In this document: piece by piece, positions 52,001-64,000 of the stretch
Layout: every line of letters starts with the position of its first letter
Position numbering within the stretch: the first letter of the stretch is position 1
DNA from: Eledone cirrhosa
Taxonomy: Eukaryota
Direction of reading: 5' to 3'
DNA length: 64,000 nucleotides
Assembly: GCA_964016885.1 (NCBI GenBank)
Contig: OZ024740.1
Coordinates: 415,834,001-415,898,000 of the forward strand
Notes under the pieces: model-generated
Seen by the model: the letters and a program-made list of their open reading frames with translations, nothing else
Database searches by the model: none
Told to the model about the DNA's origin: nothing
Position numbers and translations under genes: made by a program

Positions 52001-55000
52001 TTACTACTCAAACCTTTAGAATTGATAAATTTATTTACTACTCAAACCTTTAGAATTGCTAAATTTATTTACTATTCAAACCTTTAGAATTGCTAAATTT
52101 ATTCACTACTCAAACCTTTAGAATTGCTAAATTTATTTACTACTCAAACCATTAGAATTGATGAATTTATTTACTACTCAAACCTTTAGAATTGCTAAAT
52201 TTATTACTAGTCAAACCTTTAGAATTGCTAAATTTATTAACTACTCAAACCTTTAGAATTGCTAAATTTATTACTACTCAAACCTTTAGAATTGCTAAAT
52301 TTATTAACTACTCAAACCTTTAGAATTGCTAAATTTATTTACTACTCAAACCTTTAGAATTGCTAAATTTATTTACTATTCAAACCTTTAGAATTGATGA
52401 ATTTATTTACTACTCAAACCTTTAGAATTGCTAAATTTATTTATTACTCAAACCTTTAGAATTGCTAAATTTATTACTACTCAAACCTTTAGAATTGCTA
52501 AATTTATTAACTACTCAAACCTTTAGAATTGCTAAATTTATTTACTACCCAAACCTTTAGTATTGCTAAATTTATTCACTACTCAAACCTTTAGAATTGC
52601 TAAATTTATTCACTACTCAAACCTTTTGAATTGCTAAATTTATTTACTACTCAAACCTTTAGAATTGCTAAATTTATTTACTATTCAAACCTTTAGAATT
52701 GCTAAATTTATTTACTAGTCACACCTTTAGAATTGCTAAATGTATTTACTACTCACACCTTTAGAATTGCTAAATTTATTTACTAATCAAACCTTTAGAA
52801 TTGCTAAATTAATTTACTATTCAAACCTTTAGAATTGCTAAATTTATTTACTAGTCACACCTTTAGAATTGCTAAATGTATTTACTACTCATACCTTTAG
52901 AATTGCTAAATTTATTTACTACTCAAACCTTTAGAATTGCTAAATTTATTTACTACTCAAACCTTTAGAATTGCTAAATTTATTTACTATTCAAACCTTT
53001 AGAATTGCTAAATTTATTAACTACTCAAACCTTTAGAATCGCTAAATCTATTTACTACTCAAACCTTTGGTATTGCTAAATTTATTAACTACTCAAACCT
53101 TTAGAATTGCTAAATTTATTTACTACTCAAACCTTTAGAATTGCTAAATTTATTCACTACTCAAACCTTTAGAATTGCTAAATTTATTCACTACTCAAAC
53201 TTTTAGAATTGCTCAAATTATTTACTACTCAAACCTTTAGAATTGCTAAATTTATTTACTATTCAAACCTTTAGAATTGCTAAATTTATATACTACTCAA
53301 ACCTTTAGAATTTCTAAATGTATTTACTACTCAAACCTTTAGTATTGCTAAATATATTTACTACTCAAACCTTTAGAATTGCTAAATTTATTAACTATTC
53401 AAACCTTTAGAATTGATAAATTTATTTACTACTCAAACCTTTAGAATTGCTAAATTTATGAACTACTCAAACCTTTAGAATTGCTAAATATATTCACTAC
53501 TCAAACCTTTAGAATTGCTAAATTAATTTACTACTCAAACCTTTAGAATTGCTAAATTTATTAACTATTCAAACCTATAGAATTGCTAAAATTATTTACT
53601 ACTCAAACCTTTAGAATTGCTAAATTTATTTACTATTCAAACCTTTAGAATTGATGAATTTATTTACTACTCAAACCTTTAGAATTGCTAAATTTATTTA
53701 TTACTCAAACCTTTAGAATTGCTAAATTTATTACTACTCAAACCTTTAGAATTGCTAAATTTATTAAGTACTCAAACCTTTAGAATTGCTCAATTTATTC
53801 ACTACTCAAACCTTTAGAATTGCTAAATTTATTCACTACTCAAACCTTTTGAATTGCTAAATTTATTTACTACTCAAACCTTTAGAATTGCTAAATTTAT
53901 TTACTATTCAAACCTTTAGAATTGCTAAATTTATTTTCTAGTCACACCTTTAGAATTGCTAAATGTATTTACTACTCACACCTTTAGAATTGCTAAATTT
54001 ATTTACTAATCAAACCTTTAGTATTGCTAAATTAATTTACTATTCAAACCTTTAGAATTGCTAAATTTATTTACTAGTCACACCTTTAGAATTGCTAAAT
54101 GTATTTACTACTCATACCTTTAGAATTGCTAAATTTATTTACTACTCAACCTTTAGAATTGCTAAATTTATTTACTACTCAAACCTTTAGAATTGCTAAA
54201 TTTATTTACTATTCAAACCTTTAGAATTGCTAAATTTATTAACTACTCAAACCTTTAGAATCGCTAAATGTATTTACTACTCAAACCTTTGGTATTGCTA
54301 AATTTATTAACTACTCAAACCTTTAGAATTGCTAAATTTATTAACTACTCAAACCTTTAGAATTGCTAAATTTATTTACTACTCAAACCTTTAGAATTGG
54401 TAAATTTATTTACTACTCAAACCTTTAGAATTGCTAAATTTATTTACTATTCAAACCTTTAGAATTGCTAAATTTATTTACTACTCAAACCTTTAGAATT
54501 GCTAAATGTATTTACTACTCACACCTTTAGAATTGCTAAATTTATTTACTACTCAAACCTTTAGAATTGCTAAATTTATTTACTACTCAAACCTTTAGAA
54601 TTGCTAAATTTATTCACTAATCAAACTTTTAGAATTGCTCAAATTATTTACTACTCACCCCTTTAGAATTGCTAAATTTATTTACTATTCAAACCTTTAG
54701 AATTGCTAAATTTATTTACTACTCAAACCTTTAGAATTGCTAAATTTATTTACTACTCAAACCTTTAGAATTGCTAAATTTATTCACTACTCAAACCTTT
54801 AGAATTGCTAAATTTATTCACTACTCAAACTTTTAGAATTGCTCAAATTATTTACTACTCAAACCTTTAGAATTGCTAAATTTATTTACTATTCAAATCT
54901 TTAGAATTGCTAAATTTATTTACTACTCAAACCTTTAGAATTTCTAAATGTATTTACTACTCACAACTTTAGAATTGCTAAATTTATTTACTACTCAAAC

Positions 55001-58000
55001 CTTTAGAATTGCTAAATTTATTAACTATTCAAACCTTTAGAATTGATAAATTTATTTACTACTCAAACCTTTAGAATTGCTAAATTTATGAACTACTCAA
55101 ACCTTTAGAATTGCTAAATTTATTAACTACTCAAACCTTTAGAATTGCTAAATTTATTCACTACTCAAACCTTTAGAATTGCTAAATTTATTCACTACTC
55201 AAACCTTTAGAATTGCTAAATTAATTTACTACTCAAACCTTTAGAATTGCTACATTTATTAACTATTCAAACCTATAGAATTGCTAAAATTATTTACTAC
55301 TCAAACCTTTAGAATTGCTAAATTTATTTACTATTCAAACCTTTAGAATTGATGAATTTATTTACTACTCAAACCTTTAGAATTGCTAAATTTATTTATT
55401 ACTCAAACCTTTAGAATTGCTAAATTTATTACTACTCAAACCTTTAGAATTGCTAAATTTATTAACTACTCAAACCTTTAGAATTGCTACATTTATTTAC
55501 TACTCAAACCTTTAGAATTGCTCAATTTATTCACTACTCAAACCTTTAGAATTGCTAAATTTATTCACTACTCAAACCTTTTGAATTGCTAAATTTATTT
55601 ACTACTCAAACCTTTAGAATTGCTAAATTTATTTACTATTCAAACCTTTAGAATTGCTAAATTTATTTTCTAGTCACACCTTTACAATTGCTAAATGTAT
55701 TTACTACTCACACCTTTAGAATTGCTAAATTTATTTACTAATCAAACCTTTAGAATTGCTAAATTAATTTACTATTCTAACCTTTCGAATTGCTAAATTT
55801 ATTTCCTACTCAAACCTTTAGAATTGCTCAATTTAATTACTACTCAAACCTTTAGAATTGCTAAATTTATTTCTATTCAATCCTTTAGAATTGCTAAATT
55901 TATTTACTACTCCAACCTTTAGAATTGCTAAATTTATTTACTACTCAAACCTTTAGAATTGCTAAATTTATTAACTACTCAAACCTTTAGAATTGCTAAA
56001 TTTATTTACTACTCAAACCTTTAGAATTGCTAAATGTATTTACTACTAACACCTTTAGAATTGCTAAATTTATTTACTACTCAAACCTTTAGAATTGATA
56101 AATTTATTTACTACTCAAACCTTTAGAATTGCTAAATTTATGAACTACTCAAACCTTTTGAATTGCTAAATTTATTAACTACTCAAACCTTTAGAATTGC
56201 TAAATTTATTCACTACTCAAACCTTTAGAATTGCTAAATTTATTCACTACTCAAACCTTTAGAATTGCTAAATTAATTTACTACTCAAACCTTTAGAATT
56301 GCTAAATTTATTTACTAATCAAACCTTTAGAATTGCTAAATTAATTTACTATTCAAACCTTTAGAATTGCTAAATTTATTCACTACTCAAACTTTTAGTA
56401 TTGCTCAAATTATTTACTACTCAAACCTTTAGAATTGCTAAATTTATTTACTATTCAAACCTTTAGAATTGCTAAATTTATTTACTACTCAAACCTTTAG
56501 AATTTCTAAATGTATTTACTACTCACAACTTTAGAATTGCTAAATTTATTTACTACTCAAACCTTTAGTATTGCTAAATTTATTTACTACTCAAACCTTT
56601 AGAATTGCTAAATTTATTAACTATTCAAACCTTTAGAATTGATAAATTTATTTACTACGCAAACCTTTAGAATTGCTAAATTTATGAACTACTCAAACCT
56701 TTAGAATTGCTAAATTTATTAACTACTCAAACCTTTAGAATTGCTAAATTTATTCACTACTCAAACCTTTAGAATTGCTAAATTTATTCACTACTCAAAC
56801 CTTTAGAATTGCTAAATTAATTTACTACTCAAACCTTTAGAATTGCTAAATTTATTAACTATTCAAACCTATAGAATTGCTAAAATTATTTACTACTCAA
56901 ACCTTTAGAATTGCTAAATTTATTTACTATTCAAACCTTTAGAATTGATGAATTTATTTACTACTCAAACCTTTAGAATTGCTAAATTTATTTATTACTC
57001 AAACCTTTAGAATTGCTAAATTTATTACTACTCAAACCTTTAGAATTGCTAAATTTATTAACTACTCAAACCTTTAGAATTGCTAAATTTATTTACTACT
57101 CAAACCTTTAGAATTGCTCAATTTATTCACTACTCAAACCTTTAGAATTGCTAAATTTATTCACTACTCAAACCTTTAGAATTGATAAATTTATTTACTA
57201 CTCAAACCTTTAGAATTGCTAAATTTATTTACTATTCAAACCTTTAGAATTGCTAAATTTATTTTCTAGTCACACCTTTAGAATTGCTAAATGTATTTAC
57301 TACTCACACCTTTAGAATTGCTAAATTTATTTACTAATCAAACCTTTAGAATTGCTAAATTAATTTACTATTCAAACCTTTAGAATTGCTAAATTTATTT
57401 ACTACTCAAACCTTTAGAATTGCTCAATTTAATTACTACTCAAACCTTTAGAATTGCTAAATTTATTTACTATTCAATCCTTTAGAATTGCTAAATTTAT
57501 TTACTACTCAAACCTTTAGAATTGCTAAATTTATTTACTACTCAAACCTTTAGAATTGCTAAATTTATTAACTACTCAAACCTTTAGAATTGCTAAATTT
57601 ATTTACTACTCAAACCTTTAGAATTGCTAATTGTATTTACTACTAACACCTTTAGAATTGCTAAATTTATTTACTACTGAAACCTTTAGAATTGCTAAAT
57701 TTATTTACTACTCAAACCTTTAGAATTGCTAAATGTATTAACTGCTCAAACCTTTAGAATTGCTAAACGTATTTACTACTCAAACCTTTGGAATTGCTAA
57801 ATTTATTTACTACTCAAACCTTTAGAATTGATAAATTTATTTACTACTCAAACCTTTAGAATTGCTAAATTTATTTACTATTCAAACCTTTAGAATTGCT
57901 AAATTTATTCACTACTCAAACCTTTAGAATTGCTAAATTTATTTACTACTCAAACCATTAGAATTGATGAATTTATTTACTACTCAAACCTTTAGAATTG

Positions 58001-61000
58001 CTAAATTTATTTACTATTCAAACCTTTAGAATTGCTAAATTTATTACCTACTCAAACCTTTAGAATCGCTAAATCTATTTACTACTCAAACCTTTGGTAT
58101 TGCTAAATTTATTACTACTCAAACCTTTAGAATTGCTAAATTTATTAACTACTCAAACCTTTAGAATTGCTAAATTTATTTACTACTCAAACCTTTAGAA
58201 TTGCTAAATTTATTCACTACTCAAACCTTTAGAATTGCTAAATTTATTCACTAATCAAACTTTTAGAATTGCTCAAATTATATACTACTCAAACCTTTAG
58301 AATTGCTAAATTTATTTACTATTCAAACCTTTAGAATTGCTAAATTTATTTACTACTCAAACCTTTAGAATTTCTAAATGTATTTACTACTCACAACTTT
58401 AGAATTGCTAAATTTATTTACTACTCAAACCTTTAGTATTGCTAAATTTATTTACTACTCAAACCTTTAGAATTGCTAAATTTATTAACTATTCAAACCT
58501 TTAGAATTGCTAAATTTATTTACTACTCAAACCTTTAGAATTGCTAAATTTATGAACTACTCAAACCTTTAGAATTGCTAAATTTATTAACTACTCAAAC
58601 CTTTAGAATTGCTAAATTTATTCACTACTCAAACCTTTAGAATTGCTAAATTTATTCACTACTCAAACCTTTAGAATTGCTAAATTAATTTACTACTCAA
58701 ACCTTTAGAATTGCTAAATTTATTAACTATTCAAACCTATAGAATTGCTAAAATTATTTACTACTCAAACCTTTAGAATTGCTAAATTTATTTACTATTC
58801 AAACCTTTAGAATTGATGAATTTATTTACTACTCAAACGTTTAGAATTGCTAAATTTATTTATTACTCAAACCTTTAGAATTGCTAAATTTATTACTACT
58901 CAAACCTTTAGAATTGCTAAATTTATTAACTACTCAAACCTTTAGAATTGCTAAATTTATTTACTACTCAAACCTTTAGAATTGCTCAATTTATTCACTA
59001 CTCAAACCTTTAGAATTGCTAAATTTATTCACTACTCAAACCTTTTGAATTGCTAAATTTATTTACTACTCAAACCTTTAGAATTGCTAAATTTATTTAC
59101 TATTCAAACCTTTAGAATTGCTAAATTTATTTTCTAGACACACCTTTAGAATTGCTAAATTTATTTACTAGTCACACCTTTAGAATTGCTAAATGTATTT
59201 ACTACTCACACCTTTAGAATTGCTAAATTTATTTACTAATCAAACCTTTAGAATTGCTAAATTAATTTACTATTCAAACCTTTAGAATTGCTAAATTTAT
59301 TTACTAGTTACACCTTTAGAATTGCTAAATGTATTTACTACTCATACCTTTAGAATTGCTAAATTTATTTACTACTCAAACCTTTAGAATTGCTAAATTT
59401 ATTTACTACTCAAACCTTTAGAATTGCTAAATTTATTTACTATTCAAACCTTTAGAATTGCTAAATTTATTAACTACTCAAACCTTTAGAATCGCTAAAT
59501 CTATTTACTACTCAAACCTTTGGTATTGCTAAATTTATTACTACTCAAACCTTTAGAATTGCTAAATTTATTAACTACTCAAACCTTTAGAATTGCTAAA
59601 TTTATTTACTACTCAAACCTTTAGAATTGCTAAATTGATTCACTACTCAAACATTTAGAATTGCTAAATTTATTCACTACTCAAACTTTTAGAATTGCTC
59701 AAATTATTTACTACTCAAACCTTTAGAATTGCTAAATTTATTTACTATTCAAACCTTTAGAATTGCTAAATTTATTTACTACTCAAACCTTTAGAATTTC
59801 TAAATGTATTTACTACTCACAACTTTAGAATTGCTAAATTTATTTACTACTCAAACCTTTAGTATTGCTAAATTTATTTACTACTCAAACCTTTAGAATT
59901 GCTAAATTTATTAACTATTCAAACCTTTAGAATTGATAAATTTATTTACTACTCAAACCTTTAGAATTGCTAAATTTATGAACTACTCAAACCTTTAGAA
60001 TTGCTAAATTTATTAACTACTCAAACCTTTAGAATTGCTAAATTTATTCACTACTCAAACCTTTAGAATTGCTAAATTTATTCACTACTCAAACCTTTAG
60101 AATTGCTAAATTTATTAACTATTCAAACCTATAGAATTGCTAAAATTATTTACTACTCAAACCTTTAGAATTGCTAAATTTATTTACTATTCAAACCATT
60201 AGAATTTATGAATTTATTTACTACTCAAACCTTTAGAATTGCTAAATTTATTTATTACTCAAACCTTTAGAATTGCTAAATTTATTACTACTCAAACCTT
60301 TAGAATTGCTAAATTTATTAACTACTCAAACCTTTAGAATTGCTAAATTTATTTACTACTCAAACCTTTAGAATTGCTCAATTTATTCACTACTCAAACC
60401 TTTAGAATTGCTAAATTTATTCACTACTCAAACCTTTTGAATTGCTAAATTTATTTACTACTCAAACCTTTAGAATTGCTAAATTTATTTACTATTCAAA
60501 CCTTTAGAATTGCTAAATTTATTTTCTAGTCACACCTTTAGAATTGCTAATTGTATTTACTACTCACACCTTTAGAATTGCTAAATTTATTTACTAATCA
60601 AACCTTTAGAATTGCTAAATTAATTTACTATTCAAACCTTTAGAATTGCTAAATTTATTTTCTAGTCACACCTTTAGAATTGCTAAATGTATTTACTACT
60701 CATACCTTTAGAATCGCTAAATGTATTTACTACTCAAACCTTTGGTATTGCTAAATTTATTACTACTCAAACCTTTAGAATTGCTAAATTTATTTACTAC
60801 TCAAACCTTTAGAATTGGTAAATTTATTTACTACTCAATCCTTTAGAATTGCTAAATTTATTTACTACTAACACCTTTAGAATTGCTAAATTTATTTACT
60901 ACTCAAACCTTTAGAATTGCTAAATTTATTTACTACTCAAACCTTTAGAATTGCTAAATTTATTAACTGCTCAAACCTTTAGAATTGCTAAACGTATTTA

Positions 61001-64000
61001 CTACTCAAACCTTTGGAATTGCTAAATTTATTTACTACTCAAACCTTTAGAATTGATAAATTTATTTACTACTCAAACCTTTAGAATTGCTAAATTTATT
61101 TACTATTCAAACCTTTAGAATTGCTAAATTTATTCACTACTCAAACCTTTAGAATTGCTAAATTTATTTACTACTCAAACCATTAGAATTGATGAATTTA
61201 TTTACTACTCAAACCTTTAGAATTGCTAAATTTATTCACTACTCAAACTTTTAGAATTGCTCAAATTATTTACTACTCAAACCTTTAGAATTGCTAAATT
61301 TATTTACTATTCAAACCTTTAGAATTGCTAAATTTATTTACTACTCAAACCTTTAGAATTTCTAAATGTATTTACTACTCACAACTTTAGAATTGCTAAA
61401 TTTATTTACTACTCAAACCTTTAGTATTGCTAAATTTATTTACTACTCAAACCTTTAGAATTGCTAAATTTATTAACTATTCAAACCTTTAGAATTGATA
61501 AATTTATTTACTACTCACACCTTTAGAATTGCTAAATTTATTTACTACTCAAACCTTTAGAATTGCTAAATTTATTCACTACTCAAACCTTTAGAATTGC
61601 TAAATTTATTCACTACTCAAACTTTTAGAATTGCTAAATTTATTTACTACTCAAACCTTTAGAATTTCTAAATGTATTTACTACTCACAACTTTAGAATT
61701 GCTAAATTTATTTACTACTCAAACCTTTAGTATTGCTAAATTTATTTACTACTCAAACCTTTAGAATTGCTAAATTTATTTACTATTCAAACCATTAGAA
61801 TTGATGAATTTATTTACTACTCAAACCTTTAGAATTGCTAAATTTATTTATTACTCAAACCTTTAGAATTGCTAAATTTATTACTACTCAAACCTTTAGA
61901 ATTGCTAAATTTATTAACTACTCAAACCTTTAGAATTGCTAAATTTATTTACTACTCAAACCTTTAGAATTGCTCAATTTATTCACTACTCAAACCTTTA
62001 GAATTGCTAAATTTATTCACTACTCAAACCTTTTGAATTGCTAAATTTATTTACTACTCAAACCTTTAGAATTGCTAAATTTATTTACTATTCAAACCTT
62101 TAGAATTGCTAAATTTATTTTCTAGTCACACCTTTAGAATTGCTAAATGTATTTACTACTCACACCTTTAGAATTGCTAAATTTATTTACTAATCAAACC
62201 TTTAGAATTGCTAAATTAATTTACTATTCAAACCTTTAGAATTGCTAAATTTATTTTCTAGTCACACCTTTAGAATTGCTAAATGTATTTACTACTCATA
62301 CCTTTAGAATTGCTAAATTTATTTACTACTCAACCTTTAGAATTGCTAAATTTATTTATTACTAAAACCTTTAGAATTGCTAAATTTATTTACTATTCAA
62401 ACCTTTAGAATTGCTAAATTTATTAACTACTCAAACGTTTAGAATCGCTAAATGTATTTACTACTCAAACCTTTGGTATTGCTAAATTTATTACTAATCA
62501 AACCTTTAGAATTGCTAAATTTATTAACTACTCAAACCTTTAGAATTGCTAAATTTATTTACTACTCAAACCTTTAGAATTGGTAAATTTATTTACTACT
62601 CAAACCTTTAGAATTGCTAAATTTATTAACTACTCAAACCTTTAGAATTGCTAAATTTATTTACTACTCAAACCTTTAGAATTGCTAAATGTATTTACTA
62701 CTAACACCTTTAGAATTGCTAAATTTATTTACTACTCAAACCTTTAGAATTGCTAAATTTATTTACTACTCAAACCTTTAGAATTGCTAAATTTATTAAC
62801 TGCTCAAACCTTTAGAATTGCTAAAAGTATTTACTACTCAAACCTTTGGAATTGCTAAATTTATTTACTACTCAAACCTTTAGAATTGATAAATTTATTT
62901 ACTACTCAAACCTTTAGAATTGCTAAATTTATTTACTATTCAAACCTTTAGAATTGCTAAATTTATTTACTACTCAAACCATTAGAATTGATGAATTTAT
63001 TTACTACTCAAACCTTTAGAATTGCTAAATTTATTCACTACTCAAACTTTTAGAATTGCTCAAATTATTTACTACTCAAACCTTTAGAGTTGCTAAATTT
63101 ATTTACTATTCAAACCTTTAGAATTGCTAAATTTATTTACTACTCAAACCTTTAGAATTGCTAAATTTATGAACTACTCAAACCTTTAGAATTGCTAAAT
63201 TTATTAACTACTCAAACCTTTAGAATTGCTAAATTTATTCACTACTCAAACCTTTAGAATTGCTAAATTTATTCACTACTCAAACCTTTAGAATTGCTAA
63301 ATTTATTAACTACTCAAACCTTTCGAATTGCTAAATTAATTTACTATTCAAACCTTTAGAATTGCTAAATTTATTAACTATTCAAACCTATAGAATTGCT
63401 AAAATTATTTACTACTCAAACCTTTAGAATTGCTAAATTTATTTACTATTCAAACCTTTAGAATTGATGAATTTATTTACTACTCAAACCTTTAGAATTG
63501 CTAAATTTATTTATTACTCAAACCTTTAGAATTGCTAAATTTATTACTACTCAAACCTTTAGAATTGCTAAATTTATTAACTACTCAAACCTTTAGAATT
63601 GCTAAATTTATTTACTACTCAAACCTTTAGAATTGCTCAATTTATTCACTACTCAAACCTTTAGAATTGCTAAATTTATTCACTACTCAAACCTTTTGAA
63701 TTGCTAAATTTATTTACTACTCAAACCTTTAGAATTGCTAAATTTATTTACTATTCAAACCTTTAGAATTGCTAAATTTATTTTCTAGTCACACCTTTAG
63801 AATTGCTAAATGTATTTACTACTCACACCTTTAGAATTGATAAATTTATTTACTACTCAAACCTTTAGGATTGCTAAATTTATTTACTATTCAAACCTTT
63901 AGAATTGCTAAATTTATTCACTACTCAAACCTTTAGAATTGCTAAATTTATTTACTACTCAAACCATTAGAATTGATGAATTTATTTACTACTCAAACCT
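6992..64000. repeat. 34-bp AT-rich tandem satellite array with higher-order structure (~1,680 monomers; continues beyond the window)
   Basis: Consensus CCTTTAGAATTGCTAAATTTATTTACTACTCAAA (8/34 GC), head-to-tail in a single orientation. Most monomers differ from consensus by 0-3 bases, with occasional 33-bp monomers. No insertions were seen across 57 kb. Confidence 0.99.

Noticed and set aside
6992-64000. CRISPR array (34-bp partly palindromic repeat)
   Set aside because: Monomers are contiguous with no unique spacers, there are no cas genes, and the context is eukaryotic transposons.
6992-64000. Telomeric repeat or coding repeat
   Set aside because: No TTAGGG/TTAGG runs. The 34-bp unit is not a multiple of 3 and is rich in TAA/TAG, and the ORF track shows nothing here.

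Overview
AT-rich animal (eukaryotic) genomic DNA with no convincing intact gene. The repeat families resemble those I recall from Octopus/coleoid genomes, but this is unverified. Bases 1-690 are ten copies of a 69-bp minisatellite that runs off the left edge. Bases ~930-7010 are a dense patchwork of decayed transposons: four RTE-type LINE fragments, a CR1/L2-type 3' end, SINE-like and MITE pieces, and an internally deleted mariner (TA-flanked TIRs, 2261-3904). The mariner is interrupted by a deleted LTR retroelement (2713-3580) with a 4-bp TSD and a perfect tRNA-Trp primer-binding site. From 6992 to the end of the window (>57 kb, ~1,680 copies) is an uninterrupted head-to-tail 34-bp satellite, CCTTTAGAATTGCTAAATTTATTTACTACTCAAA. 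It has a dyad-symmetric core and a variant-coded higher-order structure: a recurring ~1.29-kb (38-monomer) spacing plus nested 0.3-7 kb duplications. The most notable observation is that the array begins inside an RTE LINE reading frame, at a point where the LINE sequence resembles the monomer. The satellite may have been seeded from the LINE, or recombined into it. All coordinates, translations and spacings were derived by eye.
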